Positions 17,225-27,278 are shown, counted from the first letter of the stretch. The stretch: DNA of 32,000 nt from Nostoc sp. PCC 7120 = FACHB-418 (GCF_000009705.1 NC_003272.1:5610001-5642000), one strand, 5' to 3'. Program-made: numbers and translations. The notes: generated by a model from the letters alone, not told the origin.

Positions 17225-17279
17225 GTGCGTCAGTGCGATAGAACCTAAATATACTCAGAAATCATTCATACTGACGCAC
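17225..17279. repeat. long-loop inverted repeat GTGCGTCAGT...ACTGACGCAC downstream of folE
   Basis: 10-bp arms at 17225-17234 and 17270-17279 with a 35-nt loop. The right end runs into CACCCTAC, a motif shared with the 25635-25689 element. Confidence 0.6.
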
Positions 17280-17338
17280 CCTACCAAATAATCAATTTCG
17301 GGTAATTTATCTTTTGGTGTTCCCTAAGTTTTGGTTAT

Positions 17339-17989
17339 TTAGTGAAAATTAGCATTGTGTCGTACCAAATTCATAAACTCTTCACGAGTACGAGCATCTT
17401 CCGCAAATACACCACGCATTGCACTAGTAACAGTCCAAGAACCAGGCTTTTGTACACCGCGCATCACCATGCACATATGAGTTGCTTCTATTACCACTGC
17501 TACCCCTTGAGGTTTGAGTAAACCTTGCAGTGCATCAGCAATTTGTAGTGTCAGACGTTCCTGTACTTGTAAACGTCGAGCATACATCTCACAAACTCGC
17601 GCAATTTTAGATAACCCTATCACCTTACCGTTAGGAATATAGGCAACATGAGCGCGACCAATAATTGGTAAAATATGATGTTCGCAAGAACTGAAAATGT
17701 CGATATCCCGAATCAATACCATCTCATTGGCATCTTCTGTAAATACTGCACCATTTAACAGTTCATCCAAGGATTCATTATATCCCTTAGTCAAAAACTG
17801 CAAAGCTTTTACAACTCGCTTAGGAGTATCTAGCAAACCTTCACGGTCAGGATTTTCCCCTAATCCAATTAGTAAAGTACGCACAGCCTGTACCATTTCT
17901 GCTTCTGTGACAGTTGGTGTTTGCTGAGTAGATAAAGATGACACCATCTGAGCAGCAGAAACTGTATCGGGACGAATCGATAAAGTCAT
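17339..17989 (-). CDS. folE: GTP cyclohydrolase I, type IA (FolE)
   Basis: 216 aa. The SSCEHHILP and [11 protein letters not shown] motifs (the Zn-ligand Cys/His/Cys of FolE-IA) and QERLTxQIA are present. Confidence 0.92.
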   Translation of the reverse strand: MTLSIRPDTVSAAQMVSSLSTQQTPTVTEAEMVQAVRTLLIGLGENPDREGLLDTPKRVVKALQFLTKGYNESLDELLNGAVFTEDANEMVLIRDIDIFSSCEHHILPIIGRAHVAYIPNGKVIGLSKIARVCEMYARRLQVQERLTLQIADALQGLLKPQGVAVVIEATHMCMVMRGVQKPGSWTVTSAMRGVFAEDARTREEFMNLVRHNANFH

Positions 17990-18087
17990 GTTATTTCGTT
18001 TAGTTGGTAGAGATTGTGAGTTAGTTAATAGTTAGAGATTGGCAAAAATCTATTAACTGAATTGTTTGATTACTTAACACTTCTTAA

Positions 18088-19149
18088 TCATACCAAACAA
18101 TTGTTAAGTTGTGTATAAATTTGATTAGTATTTAATTTTCTACCAATGAAAACCAATTGGTTCTTAGGTAAAGTATGCCATTCATCAGCGTGTAAGTTAT
18201 AACGAGGCCCACTCAGTTGAAATATATGGCGTAACTCACTATCACTAAACCACAAAATACCCTTAGCACGGAAAACATTCTGAGGCATTTCTTCTGTGAG
18301 AAAATTCTCAAATTTATGAACATCAAACGGCCTATCAGACTGAAAAGATACTGAAACAAATCCATCATTGTCTAAATGATGAGAGTGGTGTTCATGATGA
18401 TGTTTATGCTCATGATGGTCATGGTCATGGTCGTGTTCATGGCTATGATGTTCATGATTATGTTCGTGAGCATCTTCTGCATCATCAGCAGTATAATCAT
18501 CTTTTGGGGTTAAACCAACACCTAAAATTAAGGGTAAAGCCACTTCACCATATTTTGTATGTAGGATTCTTGCACTATCTTTGACAGTTTGGATATAGTC
18601 TTCTAATGCTTGAATTTTTTCTGAAGTAGCCAAGTCTGTTTTATTCAGAAGAATAATGTCTGCATAAGTAAGTTGTTTTAAAGCAGCTTCACTCTCGAAA
18701 TGATTTGGTTCAAAGGCTTCCGCATCTACGACTGTCAGGATTGAGTCGAGATTGGTCAAATCCCGAAGCTCTGTACCTAAAAACGTTAAAATAATGGGCA
18801 ATGGGTCAGCAACACCGGTAGTTTCAATAACTAAATAATCGATGCGTTCTTCTCGTTCCAAAACCCGATAAACAGCATCAACTAAACCATCATTGATAGT
18901 GCAGCATATACAGCCATTACTCAGTTCGAGCATATCTTGGTCTACAGACACTAACAACTGGCTATCAATATTAATATCACCGAACTCATTGACGAGAACA
19001 GCAACTTTTAAATCATGCTTATTTTTAAGAATTTGATTGAGTAGAGTTGTTTTACCACTGCCTAAAAAGCCAGTAATGATTGTAACTGGCATTCCTCGTT
19101 TGGGAATTTCAGGAATTATGTTTGTTGTTTCTGCGGTTAGGGTATTCAT
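18088..19149 (-). CDS. COG0523/CobW-family G3E GTPase metallochaperone with a His-rich insert
   Basis: P-loop GFLGSGKTT, CxCC motif GCICCT, NKTD. The His-rich stretch HEHNHEHHSHEHDHDHDHHEHKHHHEHHSHH is encoded at about 18376-18468. A CobW C-terminal domain follows. Confidence 0.92.
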   Translation of the reverse strand: MNTLTAETTNIIPEIPKRGMPVTIITGFLGSGKTTLLNQILKNKHDLKVAVLVNEFGDINIDSQLLVSVDQDMLELSNGCICCTINDGLVDAVYRVLEREERIDYLVIETTGVADPLPIILTFLGTELRDLTNLDSILTVVDAEAFEPNHFESEAALKQLTYADIILLNKTDLATSEKIQALEDYIQTVKDSARILHTKYGEVALPLILGVGLTPKDDYTADDAEDAHEHNHEHHSHEHDHDHDHHEHKHHHEHHSHHLDNDGFVSVSFQSDRPFDVHKFENFLTEEMPQNVFRAKGILWFSDSELRHIFQLSGPRYNLHADEWHTLPKNQLVFIGRKLNTNQIYTQLNNCLV

Positions 19150-19259
19150 AGGGTGATGAGATGTTTGTGAACTATGAAATCAATGACGCTGTTGAATAAT
19201 TGTGGCTATGTACGTATATTCAACTTCAGCAATCTGCTTAAGGATTTTGTATTTGTAAA

Positions 19260-21098
19260 TTACTTCTTGGCAATTATAGTTTCTCGTAAGTGATTTGTCA
19301 GATCATTTAAATTAATCGCTCCCAAATCACCATTTGCTCTAGTTCTTACACTTAAATTTTGATTTTCCACTTCTTTTTTACCTACGACACCAACCACGGG
19401 AATCTTTTCTAACTCTGCTGTACGAATCTGCTTTCCTAAACGCTCGCCACTGATATCTATTTCGACTCTAAATCCATCTTTTTGCAAAGCTATGGCAACA
19501 GATTCTGTATATCCTCTCACATCGTCGCTCACAGGTAATAATCTTATCTGTACTGGTGCTAACCATAAAGGAAAATCACCTGCATAATTCTCAATTAAGA
19601 TGCCGAAAAATCGTTCCAAAGAACCAAAAATCGCGCGATGAATCATAATTGGTCTTTGGCGACTACCATCAGTAGCAATATATTCCATATCGAAACGTTC
19701 AGGTAAATTAAAATCTACCTGAATAGTGGAACATTGCCAGAGACGACCAATAGCATCTTGAATTTTGATATCAATTTTAGGGCCATAAAAAGCACCACCA
19801 CCTTCATCAACAATATAATTCCAGCCTTTAGCATCCAAGGCTTGTCTTAAGGCTGATGTGGCTAGTTCCCAAACTTCATTATTTCCTACTGATTTATCGG
19901 GACGGGTTGAAAGATTAACCTCATAATTTTTAAAACCAAAATCTGACAAAATATGTTCAGTGAGATTTAAAACTCCTAAAATTTCATCAGCGATTTGATG
20001 AGGTAAACAAAAAATATGAGCATCATCTTGGGTAAATCCTCTGACCCTCATCAAACCATGTAGCGCCCCTGAACGTTCATAACGATAAACAGTGCCTAAT
20101 TCAGCCCATCTTAAGGGTAATTCTCGATAAGAATGTAATTGATGTTTATAAGTGAGGACATGAAAGGGACAATTCATAGGCTTAATTTGATAAGCCTGAT
20201 TTTCCACTTCCATTGAGTCAAACATATTCTCTTGATAGAAGTCAAAATGACCAGATGTCTTCCATAAATCGAGGTTGGCTACATGAGGTGTGTAGAGTAA
20301 TTGATAGCCAGATTCTAGATGACATTTTCGCCAATAATCTTCAATGATGTAACGAATACTCGCGCCTTTGGGATGCCAAAAAACTAAACCACCGCCAGCT
20401 TCCTCTTGAATACTAAATAAGTTTAGCTCTTGACCCAACTTTCTATGGTCGCGGCGTAAAGCTTCTTCTCTTTGTTTGAGGTAAGCCTCTAGTTCTGCCT
20501 TTGTTTTCCAAGCTGTGCCATAAATGCGTTGTAGTTGGGGCTTGCTTTCATCGCCTTGCCAATATGCACCGGCAATGTTTAATAGTTGGAAACTATTGGG
20601 GTCAATTTCACCAGTAAAATTAATATGCGGCCCAGCGCACAAGTCCCACCAATAGTTACTGGCTGGTTTGACATCTGCAACAAACAAGGAAGATTCTGGT
20701 GTGCTGGTGTCAGGGCTACCAATAAAGTAGCGGGTGATGGTTTCTTCTGGGGGGATACGGTCTAAGATTTCTAACTTGTAAGGTTCGTTTAACTGAGCGA
20801 TTTCGGTGCGGATTTCTTCTCGTTGCACCTCTTCGCGGATTATTGGCAGGTTGGCTTTGATGATGCGCCGCATTTCTGCTGCAATTTTGCCCAAGTCATC
20901 GGGAGTGATGCTGATTGGACAATCGAAGTCGTAGTAAAATCCGTTGTCTGTCACTGGGCCAGTTGCTACTTTTGTCCCTAGAAATAACTTCTGTACTGCC
21001 ATCGCCATGATGTGGGCGCAGGTGTGACGAATCCGCACAAGTTGCTCGCTGTTGTGCTGGTCTAAGTCTCTCTGGGACTGGGTTAAGGAACTGACCAT
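19260..21098 (-). CDS. thrS: threonine--tRNA ligase (paralog embedded in a zinc-responsive-looking operon)
   Basis: 612 aa. Editing-domain motifs HTCAHIMA and WWDLCAGPH are present. Class II core has MNCPFH, QDDAHIFC and HRAIFGSLERF (the Zn-ligand Cys/His/His positions are retained). An anticodon-binding domain is at the C-terminus. No N-terminal TGS domain is present. Confidence 0.93.
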   Translation of the reverse strand: MVSSLTQSQRDLDQHNSEQLVRIRHTCAHIMAMAVQKLFLGTKVATGPVTDNGFYYDFDCPISITPDDLGKIAAEMRRIIKANLPIIREEVQREEIRTEIAQLNEPYKLEILDRIPPEETITRYFIGSPDTSTPESSLFVADVKPASNYWWDLCAGPHINFTGEIDPNSFQLLNIAGAYWQGDESKPQLQRIYGTAWKTKAELEAYLKQREEALRRDHRKLGQELNLFSIQEEAGGGLVFWHPKGASIRYIIEDYWRKCHLESGYQLLYTPHVANLDLWKTSGHFDFYQENMFDSMEVENQAYQIKPMNCPFHVLTYKHQLHSYRELPLRWAELGTVYRYERSGALHGLMRVRGFTQDDAHIFCLPHQIADEILGVLNLTEHILSDFGFKNYEVNLSTRPDKSVGNNEVWELATSALRQALDAKGWNYIVDEGGGAFYGPKIDIKIQDAIGRLWQCSTIQVDFNLPERFDMEYIATDGSRQRPIMIHRAIFGSLERFFGILIENYAGDFPLWLAPVQIRLLPVSDDVRGYTESVAIALQKDGFRVEIDISGERLGKQIRTAELEKIPVVGVVGKKEVENQNLSVRTRANGDLGAINLNDLTNHLRETIIAKK

Positions 21099-21110
21099 AT
21101 TAATAAATAA

Positions 21111-21125
21111 TGAGAATCGTTATCA
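21111..21125. promoter_or_regulatory. Zur/Fur-type 7-1-7 box immediately upstream of thrS
   Basis: TGAGAATCGTTATCA matches TGATAAT-N-ATTATCA at 12 of 14 positions and lies 13 nt upstream of the thrS ATG (21098). Confidence 0.55.
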
Positions 21126-21209
21126 TGTTAGCGCAAAAAGGGGCGGATTGGGAATGACTATAAAAACGTCAAAGTTATGATTTCTTTGACCCCTACACCC
21201 CCTCAACTT

Positions 21210-22442
21210 TCAGCTGGCTTGTACTCCGGTGATGCTGGGGGAAAAAGCTATGCTTGGTTTAGCTATGGCAGGGACGATTTTTTCACAGGCCATTCTTGCG
21301 CCTGATAAGTTGCGTGCTGTTGGCCCTACTTGTAAAGCTGCCAAACCGCCCATGATAAATAATTCGCAGCCAGGCCAACGTAGACAAGTATCTAAAACTG
21401 GTAAACCTTTAACTATGGGAATAGGGTAAGCGACGAGAACATCTTTTAATAAGGGTTCATGGGTGACATCGAATTTAGTACCTGTGGAAAGCCAAATATA
21501 ATCGCATTCATGGTGACTACCATCACTACATTCGACTTGCCAATTTTTGCCGAGCCATTGGGCTTTGAGTATTTGACAGTTTTCGTCAATTTTGATGTTA
21601 CCACTACGGACTTGTCGTCTTATTTGGGTAGCGATCGCCGGAGTCATGGAACCACCATTTCTAGCTTGCTGAATCGTCGTCCAGCGTTGTTCCCAATCAG
21701 ATTGAGCAAAAAAGTCTTTGAGATACTTTGGCCCCAACCATCCTGGTTCTGCATCGAATAACTTTTCTGTTAACTGTCGCCGCATCATTAACTGAACCTT
21801 CGCACCGTGAGAAATCGCACCCACAGCCAAATGTCCGCTAGTTAACCCACCACCCACAATCAAAATTCTCTTCCCCATTAACGACAATTTTCGTAAATCA
21901 ATGGTTTGTGAGTGGCAAATTCTCTCTTGTGGGTATGGTGTCTGAATCTCGTTTACCCAAGTCGGGATTTGACGTTGAGCGCTACCAGTAGCCAACACTA
22001 CCCGTCTTGCTGTTACCTTCTGCCCATCTTGTAAACTAAGGCAAAATTGGGGACGCAGATGATGAGGAATGGGTTCAATTTTGGTAACGGCTAAAGGAAT
22101 GACTCGCTCTTGTAACTGCCAAACTCGAACCACATCTTGGCAAAAATCCTCGAATAATTGTGTCCCTGGTAAATCATAGGGGGGAAATAACTCATGAGGA
22201 CGAGATTCAGCGAATTTCCGTAAAGCAAAGGGGTTGGGGTCTGGATGATGAACTGCGGGCGATCGCAAATGGGGAATTTCCAAAGCTGCAAATTGCTGAT
22301 TCCAGCCACTCATCCATCTACCACTGGGGTCAAATACCAGAAATTTCCCCCTCAGAGACTGCCGTTTTTGCAGTAGATGGGTAGTCAAAGTTAGAGCATG
22401 AGGCCCTGCGCCAACAATAGCTAAGTCGGTTTTTTTGGTCAT
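21210..22442 (-). CDS. FAD/NAD(P)-binding oxidoreductase, lysine/ornithine N-monooxygenase-like (SidA/IucD fold class), function unknown
   Basis: 410 aa. N-terminal dinucleotide motif DLAIVGAGPHALT and a second motif ILIVGGGLTSGHLA. The overall two-Rossmann layout resembles class B flavin monooxygenases. Call is by eye. Confidence 0.7.
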   Translation of the reverse strand: MTKKTDLAIVGAGPHALTLTTHLLQKRQSLRGKFLVFDPSGRWMSGWNQQFAALEIPHLRSPAVHHPDPNPFALRKFAESRPHELFPPYDLPGTQLFEDFCQDVVRVWQLQERVIPLAVTKIEPIPHHLRPQFCLSLQDGQKVTARRVVLATGSAQRQIPTWVNEIQTPYPQERICHSQTIDLRKLSLMGKRILIVGGGLTSGHLAVGAISHGAKVQLMMRRQLTEKLFDAEPGWLGPKYLKDFFAQSDWEQRWTTIQQARNGGSMTPAIATQIRRQVRSGNIKIDENCQILKAQWLGKNWQVECSDGSHHECDYIWLSTGTKFDVTHEPLLKDVLVAYPIPIVKGLPVLDTCLRWPGCELFIMGGLAALQVGPTARNLSGARMACEKIVPAIAKPSIAFSPSITGVQAS

Positions 22443-22443
22443 T

Positions 22444-22471
22444 TTGTTAGTTGTCAGTTGTCAGTTGTTAT
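22444..22471. repeat. 7-nt tandem repeat TTGTCAG-like, 4 units
   Basis: TTGTTAG TTGTCAG TTGTCAG TTGTTAT, in the 59-nt spacer between hemB and the flavoprotein gene. Confidence 0.75.
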
Positions 22472-22501
22472 TTGCCCCCCTTGCCCCTCTGCCCTCCACG
22501 T

Positions 22502-23518
<1,017 letters not shown>

Positions 23519-23527
23519 TCACAAGAT

Positions 23528-23542
23528 TGATAACCATTATCA
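23528..23542. promoter_or_regulatory. Zur/Fur-type 7-1-7 box upstream of hemB (head of the operon)
   Basis: The minus strand reads TGATAATGGTTATCA, 13 of 14 matches to TGATAAT-N-ATTATCA. It ends 15 nt upstream of the hemB ATG (23512) and overlaps TATGAT/GATAAT -10-like hexamers. Confidence 0.65.
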
Positions 23543-23580
23543 TAATGGAAGCCGTTCATTTTGTGTTGTAGGAACGCTCA

Positions 23581-23611
23581 GATCCCCGACTTTTTTAAAA
23601 AGTCGGGGATC
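23581..23611. repeat. perfect 31-nt palindrome of the GATCCCCGAC family; probable terminator of the two-component operon
   Basis: GATCCCCGACTTTTT-T-AAAAAGTCGGGGATC, 14 nt downstream of the kinase stop codon (23625) and upstream of the hemB promoter region. Confidence 0.85.
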
Positions 23612-23624
23612 TATGAACTCGTGC

Positions 23625-24740
23625 TTATGCTAAAGGCAAACAAAAGCGGAACGTGCTGCCAATACCTAGTTCACTATCTAGATGAATTTCGCCACTTTGT
23701 AGTTCTACTAGGTGTTTAGTGATAGTTAAGCCAATACCTGTGCCACCGGAGTGGCGATCGCGCGATTGATCAGCTCGCCAAAAACGCTCAAATACATGGG
23801 GTATATCCTCGGAAGCAATACCAATACCTGTATCAATCACAGCAATCCAGAGTTGCCTGTTTTCTGTCCATGTACGGATAGTAATTGAACCTGTTGTAGT
23901 ATAACGGATGGCGTTACCTAGCAAGTTGACTAATATTTGTTCTGTGCGATCGATATCTGCTAATACAAGAGGCATTTGGGGTGTCAATTCCGCAAGTAAT
24001 ACTGGGCCATCCTCTAACAATTGATCGCTAAATCTTTCAACTAAAGACTCTAATAAAGGATATAAATTGACAGACTGTATTCTAATAGGTAAATAACCAG
24101 CTTCTGCCTTCGATAATTCTTGTAAATCGTTGACTAATCGTTCTAAACGTCTAGTTTCTTTCGCCAAGCGCCGATAAACCTCTGGGGATGGTTCAATTTC
24201 ACCATCGGCAAGTTCTTCTAAATAACCACGCACAACTGTTAACGGTGTGCGTAGTTCATGAGTCATATCACCTATCAGTTCCCGCCGTCGTGCTTCCACC
24301 CCTTCCAAACTGGCAGCCATGCGGTTAAAACTCGTACCCAAGCGATTGAGTTCGGGGATGTCAGACAAAGGTAGCCGCGCTTGTAGATGACCAGCAGCAA
24401 ACTGTTGAGTTATTTGTTCCATCTCAGTTAATCGCTGCATAATCCTTTTAGAAACCCAGTAACTCAAGCCTCCCGCAGCCGTGCTACCGACTAAGACTGA
24501 CCAAATAGTGCTGCTGCGCCAAGCTATCTCAAACCCTTGGACTAAATCTGCACGAACATTAATTAAATTCACCCCTTCACTTTCCAATCTTTCTAAGTGC
24601 AGGACAAAAAAGCGGGGCGACGAAACTTTACTAATAATGACAAGACTAATTAATCCCACTATCATCACCACTAAGTGGGAGACAAACAAGCGGGATGCTA
24701 AAGGTAGGGATTTTGTCCAACGCCAACCTTTTTTAATCAT
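23625..24740 (-). CDS. two-component sensor histidine kinase (2 TM, HAMP, HisKA, HATPase_c)
   Basis: 371 aa. H-box MTHELRTPLT, N-box LLGNAIRYT, G1 DTGIGI, G2 GGTGIGLTI. The extracytoplasmic loop between the two TM helices is short. Confidence 0.9.
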   Translation of the reverse strand: MIKKGWRWTKSLPLASRLFVSHLVVMIVGLISLVIISKVSSPRFFVLHLERLESEGVNLINVRADLVQGFEIAWRSSTIWSVLVGSTAAGGLSYWVSKRIMQRLTEMEQITQQFAAGHLQARLPLSDIPELNRLGTSFNRMAASLEGVEARRRELIGDMTHELRTPLTVVRGYLEELADGEIEPSPEVYRRLAKETRRLERLVNDLQELSKAEAGYLPIRIQSVNLYPLLESLVERFSDQLLEDGPVLLAELTPQMPLVLADIDRTEQILVNLLGNAIRYTTTGSITIRTWTENRQLWIAVIDTGIGIASEDIPHVFERFWRADQSRDRHSGGTGIGLTITKHLVELQSGEIHLDSELGIGSTFRFCLPLA

Positions 24741-25453
24741 GCGGAAATTACAGGAGAGTCTTCAAATTTATAGCCAACTCCGACAACAGTTTTAATAAAA
24801 CTGGGATTGGTGGGATCAGGTTCAATTTTTTTCCTGAGCCTAGCTACATGAGTATCTACAACACGCTCATCACCAAAAAAATTATCTCCCCACAATTTGT
24901 CAATTAGTTGGGTACGGTTCCACACTCGCCCAGGATTGCTGACAAAAGTGCTTAATAAATTAAATTCTAAAGTGGTTAAATCTAAAGCTTCTGGTTGATG
25001 GGAATCTATTTGACGACTGGCAGTTCGTTGGTCTAAATCTACTATAAAGTGTTGAGTCCGATTTACCTGATTTTGTCCCCCTTGACGTAAGCTGCGCCGT
25101 AGAAGCGCCCTGACACGCGCCACCAACTCTCTAGGGCTGAAGGGTTTAACCATATAGTCATCAGCACCCGTAGACAAGCCGATTACCCGGTCTATTTCCT
25201 CACCTTTAGCTGTGAGCATTAGTATATAAGGGTCTTTTGCCCCAGGTTTCTGGCGAATTCTCGCGCAAACTTCCAACCCATCCAGCCCAGGAATCATCAG
25301 GTCTAGGATGATTAAATCTGGTGGTCGTTCGTGAAACATTTGTAGAGCATTGATCCCATCGCGGCTAGTCCGACAGGAAAAGCCCTCTTTTTCTAAAGAA
25401 TGTTGAATTAACTGAGCAATTTCTGATTCATCCTCAACAATTAGAATGTCCAT
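24737..25453 (-). CDS. OmpR/PhoB-family response regulator
   Basis: 238 aa. Receiver domain (DLIILDLMIPGLDG, MLTAKG, KPF) plus a winged-helix C-terminus. Its stop overlaps the kinase start (ATGA at 24737-24740), implying translational coupling. Confidence 0.92.
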   Translation of the reverse strand: MDILIVEDESEIAQLIQHSLEKEGFSCRTSRDGINALQMFHERPPDLIILDLMIPGLDGLEVCARIRQKPGAKDPYILMLTAKGEEIDRVIGLSTGADDYMVKPFSPRELVARVRALLRRSLRQGGQNQVNRTQHFIVDLDQRTASRQIDSHQPEALDLTTLEFNLLSTFVSNPGRVWNRTQLIDKLWGDNFFGDERVVDTHVARLRKKIEPDPTNPSFIKTVVGVGYKFEDSPVISA

Positions 25454-25634
25454 TTTGACGTAAGGTACGCAGCGTAATTTCTTTGGTTGTTATTTTATTC
25501 CAGCAACTGCAAGAGTTCTGATAGTAATTAATTTAACACTTATGTTTTTAGTTCTACTTGAGCTAGATATAGCTTTTAGGTTATCAAAGAAAAGCAGAGG
25601 GTAGAAGGGATGAATCAATTCAAAATTCAAGACA

Positions 25635-25689
25635 GTAGGGTGGGCAATGCCCACCATATTAAGGTTTTAGTGGGCATTGCTCACCCTAC
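25635..25689. repeat. nested palindromic element: two inverted 20-nt copies of GTAGGGTG(G/A)GCAATGCCCAC
   Basis: Copy 1 is at 25635-25654 and the inverted copy 2 at 25670-25689, with a 15-nt spacer. Each arm itself contains the palindrome GTGGGCA-N-TGCCCAC. It lies downstream of the labA-like stop (25712) and is a likely terminator. Confidence 0.8.
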
Positions 25690-25711
25690 GTATATTTCTA
25701 ACTTTTAAATC

Positions 25712-26422
25712 CTAAAGATTAGAATTAGATAATGTTCGATAGCCATATCCTAGATGGGAATCCTTTTGGATATATTGTTTAATGCTATCGAGGTCAATAA
25801 AGTAGTCGGCGACATCAATTAAACAGTCGTTAGTCATTGTTCGTAAACTGACGACTTCTACACGAACCCCGGTACTACTGACTGCGTTGACTGCGTATGC
25901 TAAATCACCATCACCGCTAACCAAGACGGCTGTATCATAATGTGGTGCTAAAGTGATCATGTCTACAGCAATTTCTACGTTCAAATTTGGTTTTTTGTTG
26001 TTATCTGTGACTTGGAGTTCTTTGGTGACAACACGATAACCGTTACGGCGCATCCAAAAGAGAAAACCTTGTTGCTTATCATTGGTACGTTGACGTGTAG
26101 GAGTTGGTCGAGACATATCAACTCCGGTGTAGAAAAATGCCCGTAATAATCTGGAACCCGCAGTTAAACGACAAAGTAATTTGAGGTAATCGATTTCAAT
26201 ACCAAGTTGTAAAGCGGCTTGAAATAGATTAGCACCATCGATGAAAATAGCTACTCGACCTCGATTTAAGTCATTAGTAATAGATACATCATTTCTAGGT
26301 TCTCGCTGCCTAGAAACTTCATGCTTGCTACCATTTTTTATCTGTATTTTTGTCGGTAAATGCGGTTCTTCCGCTTGGTGGTGATATGAATTTTTTCCTT
26401 TCGTAAAACTGGAGTTAGTCAT
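25712..26422 (-). CDS. NYN-domain (LabA/DUF88-like) protein
   Basis: 236 aa. VAIFIDGANLF...YLKLL...RAFFYTG...VEIAVDM...AVLVSGDGDLAYAV is the LabA-like PIN/NYN pattern. A roughly 55-aa basic/His-rich N-terminal extension is present. Confidence 0.8.
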   Translation of the reverse strand: MTNSSFTKGKNSYHHQAEEPHLPTKIQIKNGSKHEVSRQREPRNDVSITNDLNRGRVAIFIDGANLFQAALQLGIEIDYLKLLCRLTAGSRLLRAFFYTGVDMSRPTPTRQRTNDKQQGFLFWMRRNGYRVVTKELQVTDNNKKPNLNVEIAVDMITLAPHYDTAVLVSGDGDLAYAVNAVSSTGVRVEVVSLRTMTNDCLIDVADYFIDLDSIKQYIQKDSHLGYGYRTLSNSNL

Positions 26423-27145
26423 TGAGTCCTCTGGATTTTAAATCTGGCGAAGCGTTTGAGGCAATAGACAATAGACCATCTGTGCTGATAAATCAGCAAA
26501 ACAATAAATGATATTCAGTCACTTGAAATACACTCAAATTGGTCTAACTGTGTAGATTTCAAAGTTTAACGACCCAGAGTATTAAACTCTTTTCAGGAAA
26601 AGTTTTACGAGATATCCCCTCTGCCTATAAATATGCTGTTCATCTCTTACCACTACAGCACATCAACTTGCCATAAAAGGCAAGCGATTGAGAGGGAGAA
26701 TAGTTTGCTGTGATGGTCAACCAAAGCATAAGTCATTGGCATCTCTTCTTATTGTATATCTGACTTGAAAAAGAGTTACATTAAGCTAATATGTATATAT
26801 TCATGTTGATTCACTGACAAAAATAAATTACTATTTAATCTTTAGTAATGTACAATGTATTATTAAAGTTTCTAATTTAATTTAGAGAATATATTGGTAA
26901 TATTGGTGAAAAAATATTAGGTATTTAGTACCTTTTTAGTAATAATTATGGAGTTTAAATATTCAGTGATTATGTACGGTTCGTTATAGAGTATGGTTAA
27001 GATTAATTTAATACTAGTATTTTGATTTTTGTACTGCTAATTACAAATCAACTTAACCTTCCTTGCGCCTTCAGATGGAGGGGAGATATGTAATTTCAAA
27101 GTTAAATTTAAATTACAGACTAGTCCACAATCAGATGTCTTTGCT

Positions 27146-27184
27146 AATCACCTTTGAGGTATAAAATCCAGAGGTGATTTTTTT
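27146..27184 (+). terminator. strong plus-strand rho-independent terminator with no annotated plus-strand gene upstream
   Basis: AATCACCTTTGAGG (27146-27159) pairs with CCAGAGGTGATT (27168-27179), at least 11 bp, with loop TATAAAAT. Including the last stem residues, the T-run is 7 T long. The reverse orientation lacks a T-run. Confidence 0.6.
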
Positions 27185-27197
27185 CATAGATACCCTA

Positions 27198-27228
27198 GAT
27201 CCCTGACTTTGTAAAAACGTCGGGGATC
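27198..27228. repeat. imperfect copy of the GATCCCCGAC palindromic family
   Basis: GATCCCTGAC-TTTGTAAAAAC-GTCGGGGATC, with one G-T pair in the stem. It lies about 50 nt downstream of the ABC stop codon (27279). Confidence 0.8.
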
Positions 27229-27278
27229 TGAACACCCGCAGTCTGCCAGATTATTACCAATTACCAATTAATAATAAG

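Noticed and set aside
25519-25533. TGATAGTAATTAATT upstream of the response-regulator gene as a third Zur/Fur box
   Set aside because: It matches the 7-1-7 consensus at only about 10 of 14 positions, and the right half-site is lost. That is within chance expectation in AT-rich intergenic DNA.
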